DNA of 64,000 nt. Source: Lytechinus pictus (taxonomy: Eukaryota). The notes under the pieces were generated by a model, which did no database searches, was not told the origin of the DNA, and saw nothing but the letters and a program-made list of their open reading frames with translations. The position numbers and the translations under genes are program-made. Below are positions 37,819-50,621 of the stretch, piece after piece. Numbering within the stretch: position 1 is the first letter of the stretch; the number at the start of each line of letters is the position of its first letter. The stretch lies in contig NC_087251.1 of NCBI RefSeq assembly GCF_037042905.1, positions 36,396,001 through 36,460,000 on the forward strand. Reading direction: 5' to 3'.

Positions 37819-39644
37819 TTAATTTAGACGAAATTTTAGGTTTAGGACTTCATAGGCCTATATGGTGAATAAAAACTCCTTTTATGTCACTGAAAATATA
37901 TCTGTATACTTCGTGCTGAAAGACAGAAGGTCTACTTCATACAAACAATCACATCAATCCTTTTGTCATTGGAATACAAGCCTTTTTTTCTTGCTTGATT
38001 TAATTTTTTTTCTATTTAAGTTTTTACTTGTTCTGCCCATGTTCATGTAGTCCCTTTCTTTTATGTGCCTTACCAGTTAAATGATGACATTGCTGTCTGC
38101 ACCTACCTGGTTGGCATTTCATAATACTTGTAATAGCACAATATTTGTGGTTTTGTCAGCTTTTTAGTAAAGATACAAAACTCAAATGAAAATGAGACAT
38201 ACCAGGAACCTGGTTCATAAATGTTATTATCTCTGACAAGATGTAATTTAATGATATTTACCATAGTAACAGTTGTTTTTATTGAATGAAAACTTGTAAG
38301 TGACGATAACCTTTCATAAAAGCATGGGCCAAGATGTGCAAGTACAAAGAGGTTTATGAAAGGATTCAATTCTTTGTTCACATTTTGTGACAGGCCAACA
38401 CTTTTTGGGATCTCTCTTGGGAATTTATGATTAATATCAATGGTATATTTTACCCTGTTAAGAAAAAGAAGATACAATCAATGTTTCCAACTTATTGTAT
38501 TCTTTATAACATTCTACATATTATACTTGCCATTACAGTCAATTATACAATTTCTCGTTGCTATGGTAACATAGCCCTAGAAATTAATGAATATTGTAGA
38601 AATATACAAATTATGATTTATATCCCCTTAATATGGTATCTGATCTTGTAGAGATATTGTAGAGCTGTAAATTGTTCATCATCGGTCAAATAATCACTCA
38701 GATAATGATTTAGGTCAATGTATGATATTTTTTGTCTGTTCTCTATCAATCTTGACACTATAAGTCCAGCTTTGTATTACTTCTCACTGGTCAAACACTC
38801 AGAGATCTTATACTCATACTTGTGAACTGACATTTCTATTGAACTCACCGCCTTTCATTGACCAGATATTCCTAAAAGCAACTCTCTAAGGGAGTTTCAC
38901 TCAAACTCTCCCTTCTCTATTGTCAATAAATAGAAATATCTTTACTTTCCCAAGGGATAGCCCAGTTTGCTTTCATCTTCACTTGGAAAGAGAAACCGGA
39001 CTTTGTAAACAAGGGGCTTTCATTACCAATAAAAAAAAAAACTTGAATAAAATGTCAAGATCATAGCGTACACTTTATGTTCACACATTGCTATCTAAAT
39101 TTAGTCTCTATTTTTTTTTTTACAATAGATGAGTATGGAAGAGTTAAAAGGGTAATAAAAACTTACTAAAAATGGCATTAAAAGCATTTTTTTATATTGT
39201 AGATGGATTATATCAACAGAGATGAGTAATTGGAAGGTTATCTCACATATATTACTGGAAAGTTGTAGCTATCAGATAGAAACTACTCTATCCGATCTAG
39301 AAATAATACAATTAAACCCCATATTATAATTATTGGATACTGCGGGTATAAATTGTCAAGAGTATAGATGGTGATGGGGCCCCATCCCTCATTTTACAAC
39401 TTTGGAGGAGGATACATTTTTTAGAATGTAAAAAATAAAAAAGGAGTATTTTGTTTAAGAAAAGGGGGCAAAAGCAAGGGAATGTATATGTTTTTAGAGT
39501 ACATTTAGTTGCATTTAGATATCTCTTCCCCTATATTTGTCTGCATTTTGTGCAATATAAGTTCCTTGATATGGGGCTCTATTTTTAAGGTTTACCCTTC
39601 TTTGAGGGGTAAAATGTACATATGAAAGCAAATAGGGAATCATT

Positions 39645-40122
39645 AGGTGGTTTCAGACCGCCTCGAAGTTCGCCAGTTCCAGGTATTCTCTGATCGGGAA
39701 ATTTGACCCGATCAGAAAATACCAGGTATTTTGGCGGTGTGAAAGCAAACTACACGTAATATCCCCAAAAGAAAATACCCGATAAATAGTAGGTACTTGG
39801 CGAAATTACGAGAACTTTCGCGGGGATTTTTCCAAGGTCGTGGGTATTTTGGCGGTCTGAAAGCAAATTACGGGAACTTTTAGCCCAGCGTGTCGTTGGG
39901 TGCGGCGCCGTGCATGGGTTGCTGCTGGGCTAGTGATTTTGAATTTCGCGCCTTGCTGCTTATCAGACCATACTGCGCATGCTCGTAACTTCAGGAACTT
40001 ATCCCGAAGGGTATGTTTCAGGGCGGTGTGAATGCAGGAATAATTAATGGGTATTTTTCAGCCTAAAAAAGTTATCGTAATTTAACGGGGATTCTTGTGA
40101 TCGAGGCGGTTTGAAACCACCT
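39645..40122 (+). mobile_element. PIF/Harbinger-like MITE (family C)
   Basis: 3-bp TSD att; aggtggtttcagaccgcctcga ... tcgaggcggtttgaaaccacct. Confidence 0.88.
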
Positions 40123-40228
40123 ATTTAGAAAAAAAAGGAATCACTTAAGTGGTATTTTAAAATGATCTGGTGATACTTGTATACAAAGCCTACCTCCCCC
40201 TCCCCTGATATTGATATAAGGAAATGAT

Positions 40229-41190
40229 GCTAAATTTCCACTTCGTCTGCTGCCAACTCGTCCACTCACCACATGGTCTACTTTCATTTAGTCAAATGCC
40301 ATTCCGTCCATCAACATTTCGTCTTACAACCATTTGGTCTATTAACCATTTGGTCCAATCATCACTTTGTTTAATCACCATTTCGTCTCATAACCAGTTG
40401 GTCTAATATCCATTTCATTTTCATTCATTTTGCATAATTTAACACTTAGTCCACTTAGACCCCCGGGGGGGCCACTTACATTGACGAGTGGATACCATGC
40501 GCGACCAAAAAAACACGTAAAAAGGATGTCTTTTTCACGATAGGGCACGTTACGTACGTAACGTGATAAGGGTGTCAAAAACATTAAAATAATGAAAAAA
40601 GGGTATCTATTTCGCTAGGACAATTACGTGTTTAGGGTCGAATTTGCGGGGATGATAAAACAAAATTAAAATGTTTTATAAAGGATGTCCTTTTTGCCCC
40701 AACACTTCGTGTTTAGAGTCCAATTTGCGCGAGGTGTAGAAGATGGGGTCGTACTAAACCAAATACGGTAAAGCCGACGACCGAAGGACCCGTAACAATA
40801 TAACATTCCTGTACTTGTTTAGGGGTTCATTTCAGGGAATATTTGCCAAGAGTATCGTTTTGTTTCCAATACTTGTTAAAGGTAGGGTTTCACACGCCAA
40901 TACTTGTTAAGGGGTGCATTTTCAGAATATGGAAATTACGTGTTTAGGGTGCTTTTCGAGACCCAATGGTCGCGCATGGTATCCACTCGTGAATGGAACT
41001 GGCCCCCCCGGGCTTAGACCAAATGGTATATGGACTAAATGGCCATTGGACCAACTGGTTATTAGACAGAATGGCATTAGACTAAATGAAAGTAGACCAT
41101 ATGGTGAGTGTACGAACTATTGGTAGACCAAATGATAGTAGACGAGTTAGCGATTGGATGAATTTGCATTAGATGAATTGGAAATAAACC
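40229..41190. mobile_element. Mutator-like MITE with nested insertion
   Basis: 9-bp TSD ggaaatgat; imperfect TIRs; ttggtcta subrepeats on the left and tagaccaa on the right. Confidence 0.8.
40462..41012. mobile_element. Unclassified CCCGGG-terminal DNA element nested in the Mutator-like MITE
   Basis: 8-bp TSD cttagacc; cccggggggg..acgagtggataccatgcgcgacca ... tggtcgcgcatggtatccactcgt..cccccccggg. Confidence 0.85.
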
Positions 41191-41468
41191 GGAAATGATA
41201 TGGCTTGCTTGCATTTTTGGGTCTGGTAGTCAAGACTACATTTTCATTCAAGTACAGCTTATTGATATGATGACATTGACATGCTTTCTTGATTGCAAAA
41301 CAAACATACATGGAGAGATCAAATTGTGTTGATTGATCTGCTAACCTGAAACCCATGATGGTATAATGTTTATATATACCTCCTTGCTGGAACCATGGAC
41401 CTAGGTCCATGCTGAAACTGAGCAAAAAAAAGAAGTCTAGGCCCAAGCTGTCTTCTTATTATACTCTG

Positions 41469-41914
41469 AGGCCGTTCTCATTACGCTTTCTAAAACTAGT
41501 TTACTGGAAACCGATTCAGGAAACCACTTTGAAAGATCGCTTTGCTAGCGTTCCCACTTGATCACACGAAAGTGGTTTTCAAAATCACTTCACGTAAAGC
41601 GCTCTTGTTGCTATGGAAACGCTCTCAGTGGGGTGACACGTTTCGCGCGAAATTCGAAACCGCAGCATAGGCATTCTACACCTGTCGTGTGGAGTAGCGC
41701 GCTCAAAATGTGCGAAGATCGCTTCCTGAAGAACGTTTGTGTCCTCACTTACACTAAAACCAGTTAAACGGAGCAAAGTGATCTTCAAAACTACATCGCG
41801 AGGTGGTTTTCTGAACTGGTTTGGAAGATCGCTTCCAAGACTGCTTTGACCGTTCTCGTTACACGTTAAACTAGTTTCCAGTAAACTAGTTTTCAGGACG
41901 GTAGAGCGGTGTCT
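41469..41914 (+). mobile_element. MITE family D
   Basis: aggccgttctcattacgc start; inverted homolog of 24412-24839. Confidence 0.75.
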
Positions 41915-44006
41915 TGCCCACAGCCACACCTTGCTCCCCCAATTATTTGATTTGATGATTTTTTATTCAACTTCACTGATATCTTTATACAGTGTTATGC
42001 ACAGAACTTTCATCTGTAATTTACCAATGATACCGCCATCCCCATCTAGCTATAACCACTCTTGGTGAAAAGGAAAATAAAGTATTCAGAGGTTAAGTGA
42101 AGAAATCAGTATAGTAGGAAAATCTTTTTTTCTTTCAACATTCTTTAATGCAAACATCGACCTATTAGGGTCCATGGAATAAGTAAGTAGGCCTATATAT
42201 TTTGTTGAAACAAAATCCTTATTTCTGTTGCCCAACAGATACATTGCAGGACAAAAAAAGCAGATAATGAAGTTCATATACTTTTTAAGTTGTATTTATT
42301 ATTCAAATGAAATACATGTTAATTTACTCTTTGACATAGATTTGTACATAGATGGTACAGCTGTAATAAAGTGCATTATGCAAATAGCCAGATTTTTCTG
42401 AAGCTCACACTAAGCTCTTAGCACCCAACTATTGATTCTAAAAAGAGAATTATGTATAGGACTCTAAAAATAATATGGAAACAATGGGGGACTAGAAATG
42501 CCAGTGTAAAAAGGGCTCGGGATATTTCTTTGTGAATGTGACCAAAGGGGGGCGCATTGGTATCTAATGATGTTTACTATCTTAAGACACCTGTTAACAT
42601 TATTTTCCATTCCCCCCTTGATACTCCAATAGCTCTTACCCATCGTGCCCATGGGCCCTAAAATCTTCAACCTCTTTCCTGGCATGGAACATAAGAACAT
42701 CCCCCAAAGAAAAAAAAAGGGAAGGAAAATGTTTAAAAAAATATTTTGAATACTTAAACCTATCACCCTTTCTTTCTATGGTGATTCAGAATTCTGCTCA
42801 TTTCTAGGGATGGATAGAAGTCTAAATTAGCTTAGGGATTAGGCCCCCTGTAGGCACGTCATTGTGATGGAATGTCTACTCAATGTTTTCAAAGTGTCTG
42901 TTAACTCCAAAAAGAGAGTGCAAACATTTAGATGCGTCATAGTAGGAAATGTCTTACCTTCGTTTGGAATGGTAGTATTATTTTGGTCTTCTGCATCATC
43001 TGACTGGTGTCTCGTATTGTTTACAAAAGAAAGTTATTTTTATTATTTAAAAAAAAAGCTGTTTAGATAAATTTCTTCTCGATGAATAATACTCATAATC
43101 ATCATTGCTTTGTTTCCAGAAAGAAATGATGAATTTTTAAAGAAAATTACCGGTAAGTAAATTTGACAACTATCTGTATAGGAATTTCTTTGTGTGCCCT
43201 AATTCTCTCCTAAGATTTGGGGAGAAAAGGTAAATAAGATATACTGGTATATTCTCCCATCAGCATGTCTAGAACATGCTGATCTTTGACATTCAAATTT
43301 GTTTAACCTCTATAGTGAAATATTCAAATTCTTTTGCTAAACCTCTCCAGATTATGATTGTAAATGCTTAAACAATGTATCTATCAACCTTTTTCTGGTT
43401 GCTCTATCCAATCATATACTAGTAGTTGCCAGAAAATTAGTTTGATTGGCTCTAAAGTAATCCTCTGTGATACTCTATACGTAGAAGTGATAAAAAAAAA
43501 AAACTATTTGTTTTTTCAAATCAAAACACCAAATAAGAAAACAAAGAGACGAAAGGTGCCCCAAAAGAGAGGCGGAAGAGAACTATCTATAGGTAATTAA
43601 TTTCTTGGGTTATATAATGTACTTGAGCTTATTTGTTAACCCCCCCCCCAAAAAAAAAGGAAGATATTAAACAATATCTGTAAAACACTGTAGAAGAATA
43701 AGTAATTGACAAGGCAGAGCATGATGACCGAAGGATGTAGGACTTCACCCCCTGTGGTTTCATATTCTATGATGAGAGGATGTAACATTGTGCATCATCT
43801 TCTTTCACTATCACGTCTATTTCTTGGTTTCCTATTCAAGTCATGTTGCCACTTGTGAAGGGACCCACAAATAGAACTATGATACATACCCTTCAAACAT
43901 CCATGTTGTTCATTCCTTGTTGACATAAATGTTTGATAAGAAAAGTGATAAGTGCAATACAAACAAAAAAGTATGATGAACTTCTGAAAGCCATGGGGTT
44001 TTTTTT

Positions 44007-44190
44007 CGGGGGCCGCGGAAGCGGGGGGGGGGGGGGGGGGGTCTGGGGGACTTTAGCCCCCCCCCCACTTTTTTCCAAAACCATGTACAAAAACGTAAAA
44101 ATGACCGTACGATTGTGATTTTCTGCATGGTCAGCCCCCCCACTTCTGGCTCAGCCGCCCCCCACTGTAAAAACTGTTCCGCGGCCCCTG
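44007..44190. mobile_element. Short hAT-like MITE with poly-G/poly-C tracts
   Basis: cgggggccgcggaa ... ttccgcggcccctg. TSD not evident. Confidence 0.6.
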
Positions 44191-44332
44191 TTTTTACCTC
44201 CATATGGTTTGACTATTCACTGCAACTATAGAAAATATTTCTTAGATTGCACTCAGAATGGTAAATAAGCAATTGGTCTTGTTTCTGTTTGATCTTATCC
44301 CACATGGTCTAATTCTATAGTTCTTCTACAAC

Positions 44333-44543
44333 CAGTGCCGGCCGCACAGAAACGTTGTTAACCTAATAGAGAGCTAACAGTAAGCCCAGTCACATCTTTC
44401 GGATAATGAACTCAAAACACTTATTTCAATGTGTAAGTAATGCATTGTTGTAACATTAGGCATCGCTGCCACATTACTGGTTGTAACAGGGCCTTTGTTA
44501 GGGCTTTGTTAGCGCTAATAACGTTTCTGTGTGGTCAGTACAG
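44333..44543. mobile_element. Short MITE
   Basis: ggccgcacagaaacgttgttaac ... gctaataacgtttctgtgtggtc inverted arms. Confidence 0.6.
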
Positions 44544-46599
44544 ATCGTCTACTAACCATTTGGTCTAATTTCCACTGAGCCCTTGCATTGTTTCTCAATT
44601 TTTGGTTTGACTACCCATTTTCCCTATTATCCACTTGGTCTAATTATAACATTAGATGAACTGTTTTGTGAAAAAAAAATTACCGGTACAAGCAATATAT
44701 AATTAGTAAAATAAGAGGGCATTAGACTAAATAGAAGTTAGACTAAGTGGTTATTAGACCAAGTGTAGTATAGACCAAATGTGTTTAGCCCATGTGGTGT
44801 ATAAGACAACCTGATAGAGCTGACCAAGTGATTATAAACGCTCAAAGAATATTTGCATTCAGGTATATTAATAATGATTCAATCAAGAAAGGAACTGATT
44901 TCTATACATAAGCTAAACAAACATGTCATTTTGATATGTTGACTTAATATGAAATGAACATGAAGGTCAGTGAAATAATTTATTTGTTTGGCCTAACCCA
45001 ATATTCTTGATTGATTTTTTTTTTAACTTTAAAGAATGGTAAGACCCAAAGTACAATTCCTATTTTCATCCACTCCCTCGAAAATGATTAATGATTATTG
45101 ATTAAACATCAATTCATTTTTCATTTCTTTGAAGTTCAATGTAATCAACTTAATATTTCATTAAAATGACCACCAGCATTACATTATAGAAGCATTTGAC
45201 ATATCCAGCCTTTGAAAGCTTTGAAACATTCTGAAACTAATATAAATAAATATTATGTGGAATTAATCCTTACTTGGTTGAGCATGAATAGGCATTTTGT
45301 TCAAGGAAATCCATAGATTCACGCATGAATTGAGTTCACGGCCCTCTGATTGAAAGGCAAGAGTCACTATGTCTGTCTACCTACGCCAAGATACCTTTTT
45401 TTAATGAATGTGGTCAAATCTACGATCATGATGATGAACAACCTAAAATAGCACAAAAAAGGGTATAGCCATGGTATTGAGTTTTTGGTTTATTTTATTT
45501 ATATTTTTTTTACTTTTCAATATCAGCATGGTGGACATTAATTCACCTTGACATTATCAACAAAATTTGTTGAATTAATAACAATTATACAACAAATTTG
45601 CTTAGCTTTTGTATACAAATTACAGGTTAGCAAAATGATACAAAGAATGAGAATGTACTACTGATTCACAATTTTGAAAAAAAGGAAAAAAGTTGATACT
45701 TGTATCTTGAAAGCGCAACGATGATATGATAGCATGATTCCTGGAGCTGAAAATACACCGGTGAGTCACTGCTGAAAGAAATTGACTGTTTCACCGTTGG
45801 TATCCCCTAAAAAACAGAATTTAGAAGATTTTATTCAATTTGTCAGATATGAGGGTATCCTGGGGTCAACTTAAGGATGCCTTTGTAAAGTGAGCAGTGG
45901 CAGAGGACAGCATCTTCTTTATCTATAGGGTGATTCATGTCTCTATTTCTCTCATCTACCTAAATGTCTTCCTGGTGCCAGTCGCATAAAGGGTTGTCTT
46001 TAAACACAATACAAACATATCAGAGACAAGTCCCAAATACGCACTTCTGATTGGATGAAAATGAGGTTGTGTTTGATTTTTGGACTTGTGTTCGATTGCA
46101 ACTATTTGAGCAACAGCCTCTGATCGTTTTACTAAGTGGATGAGAGTGGGAAATTGAACCTTATCTTATTGGAGTGATGCCACCCACAATAGGCAAAAGT
46201 CTCCATTCCTCTGAGATTTCCTCCCTTTCTTCTTTAATATCAATTTAAAGTGTTTTGTTTCAGGGGGAAATGTCACAGGTAATATTTTTAAGAGAAATCA
46301 ATCAATTCATGCTTCGACAATTGCCTTGTTTGGTTTGATTTGATAAGGAAATAATCAGTAATTTGAGATTTATAGTTCAGGGTAAAACAGATTGTTGCTA
46401 TTTGTTCTCAAGACCTATTTTCTAGTAGGTTTAGAAATGTACCTCATTGCTATTCTTAGATGCGTTTCCGTTTGCGAGAGATGTTTTCAGATGTTTACTG
46501 GAATAGTTTTCTACCCAAGAGACTTAACCGTAAAAATTCTCCTTTCGATCCATTTATATCATAAAGATGAAGGGAAATATCACTTTTTAAAACATGCAC

Positions 46600-47315
46600 T
46601 ACTATTTCTATTGACCAAACTTTCAAAATTGTTTAACCATGATGGTAAACAAAACCCATGAAAATGGAGGCGGTCATTTAAGGTAAATAAAGGATTGAAA
46701 ATGACTCGAGATAGTAATGGTGGCATAATTGTGAACGGAATCATGCACCTTTGTAACATGTACTGGAATGTCAGACTTCCAAACCTTCAAAATTGACTAT
46801 AACCATATTGGTAAACAAACCTATGAGAATGAAGGAGTCATTAATGGCCGGGGAATGAAGAATTTTGAATGACTCAAAATGCAAATATTAAAAGAAGAAT
46901 CACATTTGAATTATGCACTTCTATTTCTACTCATCAACCAGACTCCCAAACCTTCAAAATTGATTAACTATAAAAGTAAACAAAAACCTACGAGAATGGA
47001 AGAGTCATTTATATTGAATAAGGAGTTGTGAATGACTCGAAGAATAAATTGTTATACATATAAGAAAAAAAATGATTAACCTTCATGGTTAACAAACACC
47101 TATAAAAGGAGGGAGTCATTTAGAGTGAATAAGGAGTTGTGAATGACTCAAAGAGAATACATATATGAAAAGAAGAATCACATTTGCGAAAATGTGCAAC
47201 TATTTCTACTCATCATCCAGACTCCCAAACCTTCAAAATTGATTAACCTTAATGGTAAACAAACCCCTATAAGAGTAGAGGGAGTCATTGATGGTGAATA
47301 AAGAATGAGTCAAAG
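46600..47315. repeat. Diverged tandem repeat, ~165-bp unit, 4-5 copies
   Basis: ccaaaccttcaaaattga.taac..aaacaaac..gagtcatt..aatgactc recurs at ~46615, 46779, 46946, (47075, partial) and 47225. Confidence 0.75.
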
Positions 47316-47987
47316 ATAGGGATGGTGAGGGGAAGGAAGAGCACCTGCTCTGAGAATCGGGAGGACATCAGGTGGATTCTGGTGACTGAAAATAAAAAAT
47401 GAGTGTGGTCTTGAAATTGGCATTGTTCCATGCTGCTCAATGCTTCCCCTCCCTCTTCCTGACCTCTTCATACGTCTTCAATTCAAAGAGATTTCTTGAT
47501 CTTTCTTTCTTTCTTATCAATATAAACAACAGTTCTATGATTTTGCCATTCATGTTTGCTTAATCTTTTTGCATCCATAACAAAAAAAAGGGGGGAAATG
47601 TACCCAGCATGGTGTAACCCATTTCAGGCTATTGTATATTACAAAAAGTAGTGTTACTAAACAAAGGTTTAGATTCTCAGCAATGAATATAGAATTGATG
47701 AAAAAAGCAGAAACTGTTTATTGCACCAATTATTAAAGTGGACCATTGACTTAGCGAATCAGGTTAAGGACCCTACTTTCTATTGTGTATTTTGCACTGT
47801 AGAAGAATTTACTCTGTTGCTCTTTCAGATTTTCTCATTCATCTATCTTTAAATAGAATTAAAACTTATTTACTTGAGAGCTCAACCTACACAGAAGACC
47901 TTGTAGTTCTTGATGGATCAGTCTCTCACTTATGTACACATTGCCCTTCAATCCTGGATAAATGTGCAGATTACACTCTTATGAGAG

Positions 47988-48479
47988 TCGATCATAAGAA
48001 TCCCCGTTAAATTACGAGAACTTTTGTAGGCTAAAAAAATACCCATTAATTATTCCTGCAATCACACCGCCCCGAAACATATCCTTCGGGATAAATTCCT
48101 GAAGTTAGGAGCATGCGCAGTATGGTCTGATAAGCAGCTATGTATTTATGTACGTATGCATACTATGTATGAATGTATGATGTATGTATATTCTCATACT
48201 CCGAAAGGGGTCGACAGAATAAAGTTTCAGTTTCAGCCACCCACGGCGCCCGCGCCCAACTACACGGTGGGCTAAAAGTTCCCGTAAATTGCTTTCACAT
48301 TGCCGAAATACCTACGACCTTGGAAAAATCCCAGCGAAAGTTCTCGTAATTTCTTTCGGGGATATTACGCGTAATTTGCTTTCACATTGCCAATATTACC
48401 TGGTATTTTCTGATCGGGTAAATTTCCTGATCAGAAAATACCTGGAACTGACGAACTTCGAGGCGGTCTGAAACCACCT
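47988..48479 (-). mobile_element. Family C MITE, inverted, one end truncated, with an internal foreign insert
   Basis: Reverse complement of 39645-40122; ends gaggcggtctgaaaccacct. 48139-48235 is unrelated sequence. Confidence 0.8.
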
Positions 48480-48580
48480 ATTCAGAATCAGATCGTTTTG
48501 CATTTGGAATAGAAGCCCAGGCTTTTGAAACAGTTGGCAAATCCACACTCAAATGGGATTGTATTTAGAGACTTAGTTAA

Positions 48581-48730
48581 TACCACGGTCACATTTGCTC
48601 GAAGGCGGCCGTACGGCGAGTCGAAAACAGCCGTTTTATTCATTTTGACTAAACCACCTATATGTAGCTGGTACAAACAAATGTTTTCGACTCGCCATAC
48701 GGCCGCCGCAGAACAAATGTGACCAAGGTA
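48581..48730. mobile_element. Harbinger-like hairpin MITE
   Basis: TAA TSD; ~50-bp TIR taccacggtcacatttgctc..ggcgagtcgaaaaca / tgttttcgactcgcc..aaatgtgaccaaggta. Confidence 0.85.
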
Positions 48731-48752
48731 TAAGATAGGATTTTGATACAGT

Positions 48753-49138
48753 AGGCGGTGCTGCACCATCCCGAGTTTGCTCAATCTCGAGATTTTAGCC
48801 CGATCGGCCCTCTACGCGATTAATCTTGAGATTCAAGAAACCCCGTCTCCACCATCGCAAGAAGAGCGATTCCTGCTCGAGCGAGGCATCGCATTATGGT
48901 CTGACGCCGTGAATAAATAATCCCAAGTGCGTCTGCACCTACAAATTAGCGTGATGATTCGTAAAATAACGCGCTATTTTGCAAATAATCCCAAGTTGAC
49001 TTGGGATTGCAATCTCGAGATTAATCCTACGAACTAGCGCGAACTGCATCTCCATTGCAAATAATCTCGAGATTGTTCAGATCGGGATAATTTGCCGGAT
49101 CAGAAATAGTGCGCTAATGGGATGGTGCAGACGGCCCT
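48753..49138. mobile_element. Harbinger-like MITE
   Basis: AGT TSD; agg..ctgcaccatccc ... gggatggtgcagacggccct; aatctcgagatt palindromic subrepeats. Confidence 0.8.
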
Positions 49139-49794
49139 AGTGAATAGAGTGAAATGAGCTCCAAGTCATTTATTCACTCATAAGACCAATCAGAAAAGAG
49201 TGGATTATTACTATTCTCTATGCTATGGAATCATTTCTGAAAATCTTTGGTGAATAATCAAATTGACTCGGGGAGAAGAACCCCTAAATTGCTACAAATT
49301 TAATTTTCCTTCCTTTTTCCTGTCAGGCAGAAATGGATAAAATCCTTATTTTGGCATGTGAGCTGCAGGTGTGTTTAGTAATCCTGACATCTCCATCAGT
49401 GCAAAGTTGATTATCAATTAGTTAAAATAAAACCCATAATGCAGATTAATCTAGTTGTATTTGAATAAGTTTTTGACAAGATAGGACCTGATTCAAGATA
49501 TAAATAATCATCTAAAAACTTTTTTGTTTGCTTTTAGACCATGGTACATGCATGGTGTTTTTATCATCACATATTTATGTCTTGTAAAATTTTGCAGAAA
49601 CCTGTCCAAGTGTCCAACTATTAGAGTAGAGCTGTTAACATCCTTCAAGATTTGAATAACCAAGGAGATATCACCTCTTGGAATAACCAAACTTCATACA
49701 AATTTGAATGATATTCCCTTCCGTGTAATATTATACATTAATATACATTATAAAGCTACTTGATTTGATGAAACATTTAATAATGACATTATAA

Positions 49795-49895
49795 TATATG
49801 ATAATAATAATATAGGTATATTTACCCAGGGTATCCACTTCAGTTCCGAAAACTGTTCTCCCAGTGGGCCCTGCTATTATTGTCACTCCAGCTGT
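49795..49895 (-). mobile_element. Probable SINE/LINE 3' end fragment
   Basis: Minus strand: gggcccactgggagaacagttttcggaactgaagtggataccctgggtaaatatacc followed by an (att)n tail, a CR1/L2-style 3' end. Confidence 0.5.
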
Positions 49896-50054
49896 TGTAA
49901 CTCTTTATTCAATTAAAAATAGATTAATACCTTTTTTTCTTAGAAAGTGTTTGCTGTCATATTTGTGTATTATGAAATAGAATGAAATATAGATTGTGAC
50001 ATTAATTTGACATCTTAATTGAAAATTTTTTTTATTACTTTTCTTGTTTTTCAG

Positions 50055-50178
50055 AGTGTTGGCTGTGATATGATGCTAGATTCCAATGCGGTGGAAGATA
50101 TGTGTAGAGACTGTGGAGGTGACAATAGCACCTGTCGCCTGTTTGAAAATCGGTTTATAAGGAGGAAGCTCCCTGAAG
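50055..50178 (+). CDS. PAPLN: Papilin-like internal exon: SVGCDMMLDSNAVEDMCRDCGGDNSTCRLFENRFIRRKLPE(G)
   Basis: tttttcag acceptor and gtatgt donor; 124 nt, phase 0 to 1. The VGCD..L.S...ED.C..CGGD.STC motif ends the ADAMTS Cys-rich domain, in frame with the previous exon. Confidence 0.9.
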
Positions 50179-50187
50179 GTATGTTAA

Positions 50188-50621
50188 AGGGATGGTCCGG
50201 GCTGAAAATATTATGATGATGTCACATCTCCACTTTCCGTTTTCTTATGTTATTACATAAAATCATAATTTTTTCATTATTTCATACTTGTGTGAATAAT
50301 ATGTCTCCCTTATAATGAAAGTTGCAGCAATAAATATCTAATGCACTATTCAGTTATCAATCCAATTTTTCTTGTTCTTGGAGGAAAATATTGAATAAAC
50401 CTAATTTCATATAATAAAATACAAAAGAACAAGTGGGGATGTGACATCATCAGCTCACCTATTGAATATTCATGACGACTGTTTTCACAAAATATTGCTT
50501 AACTTTAAAATTCGATAACTTTATTATTTGTTATCCGATTTTGATAAAATTTTCGACATTTTGCTCAGTGAATTCTCCTCTATTTATTAAGCTATAAATA
50601 CTTTCAGCCCGGACCATCCCT
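50188..50621. mobile_element. Kolobok-like MITE inserted just downstream of a splice donor
   Basis: TTAA TSD; TIR agggatggtccgggctgaaa / tttcagcccggaccatccct. Confidence 0.9.
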
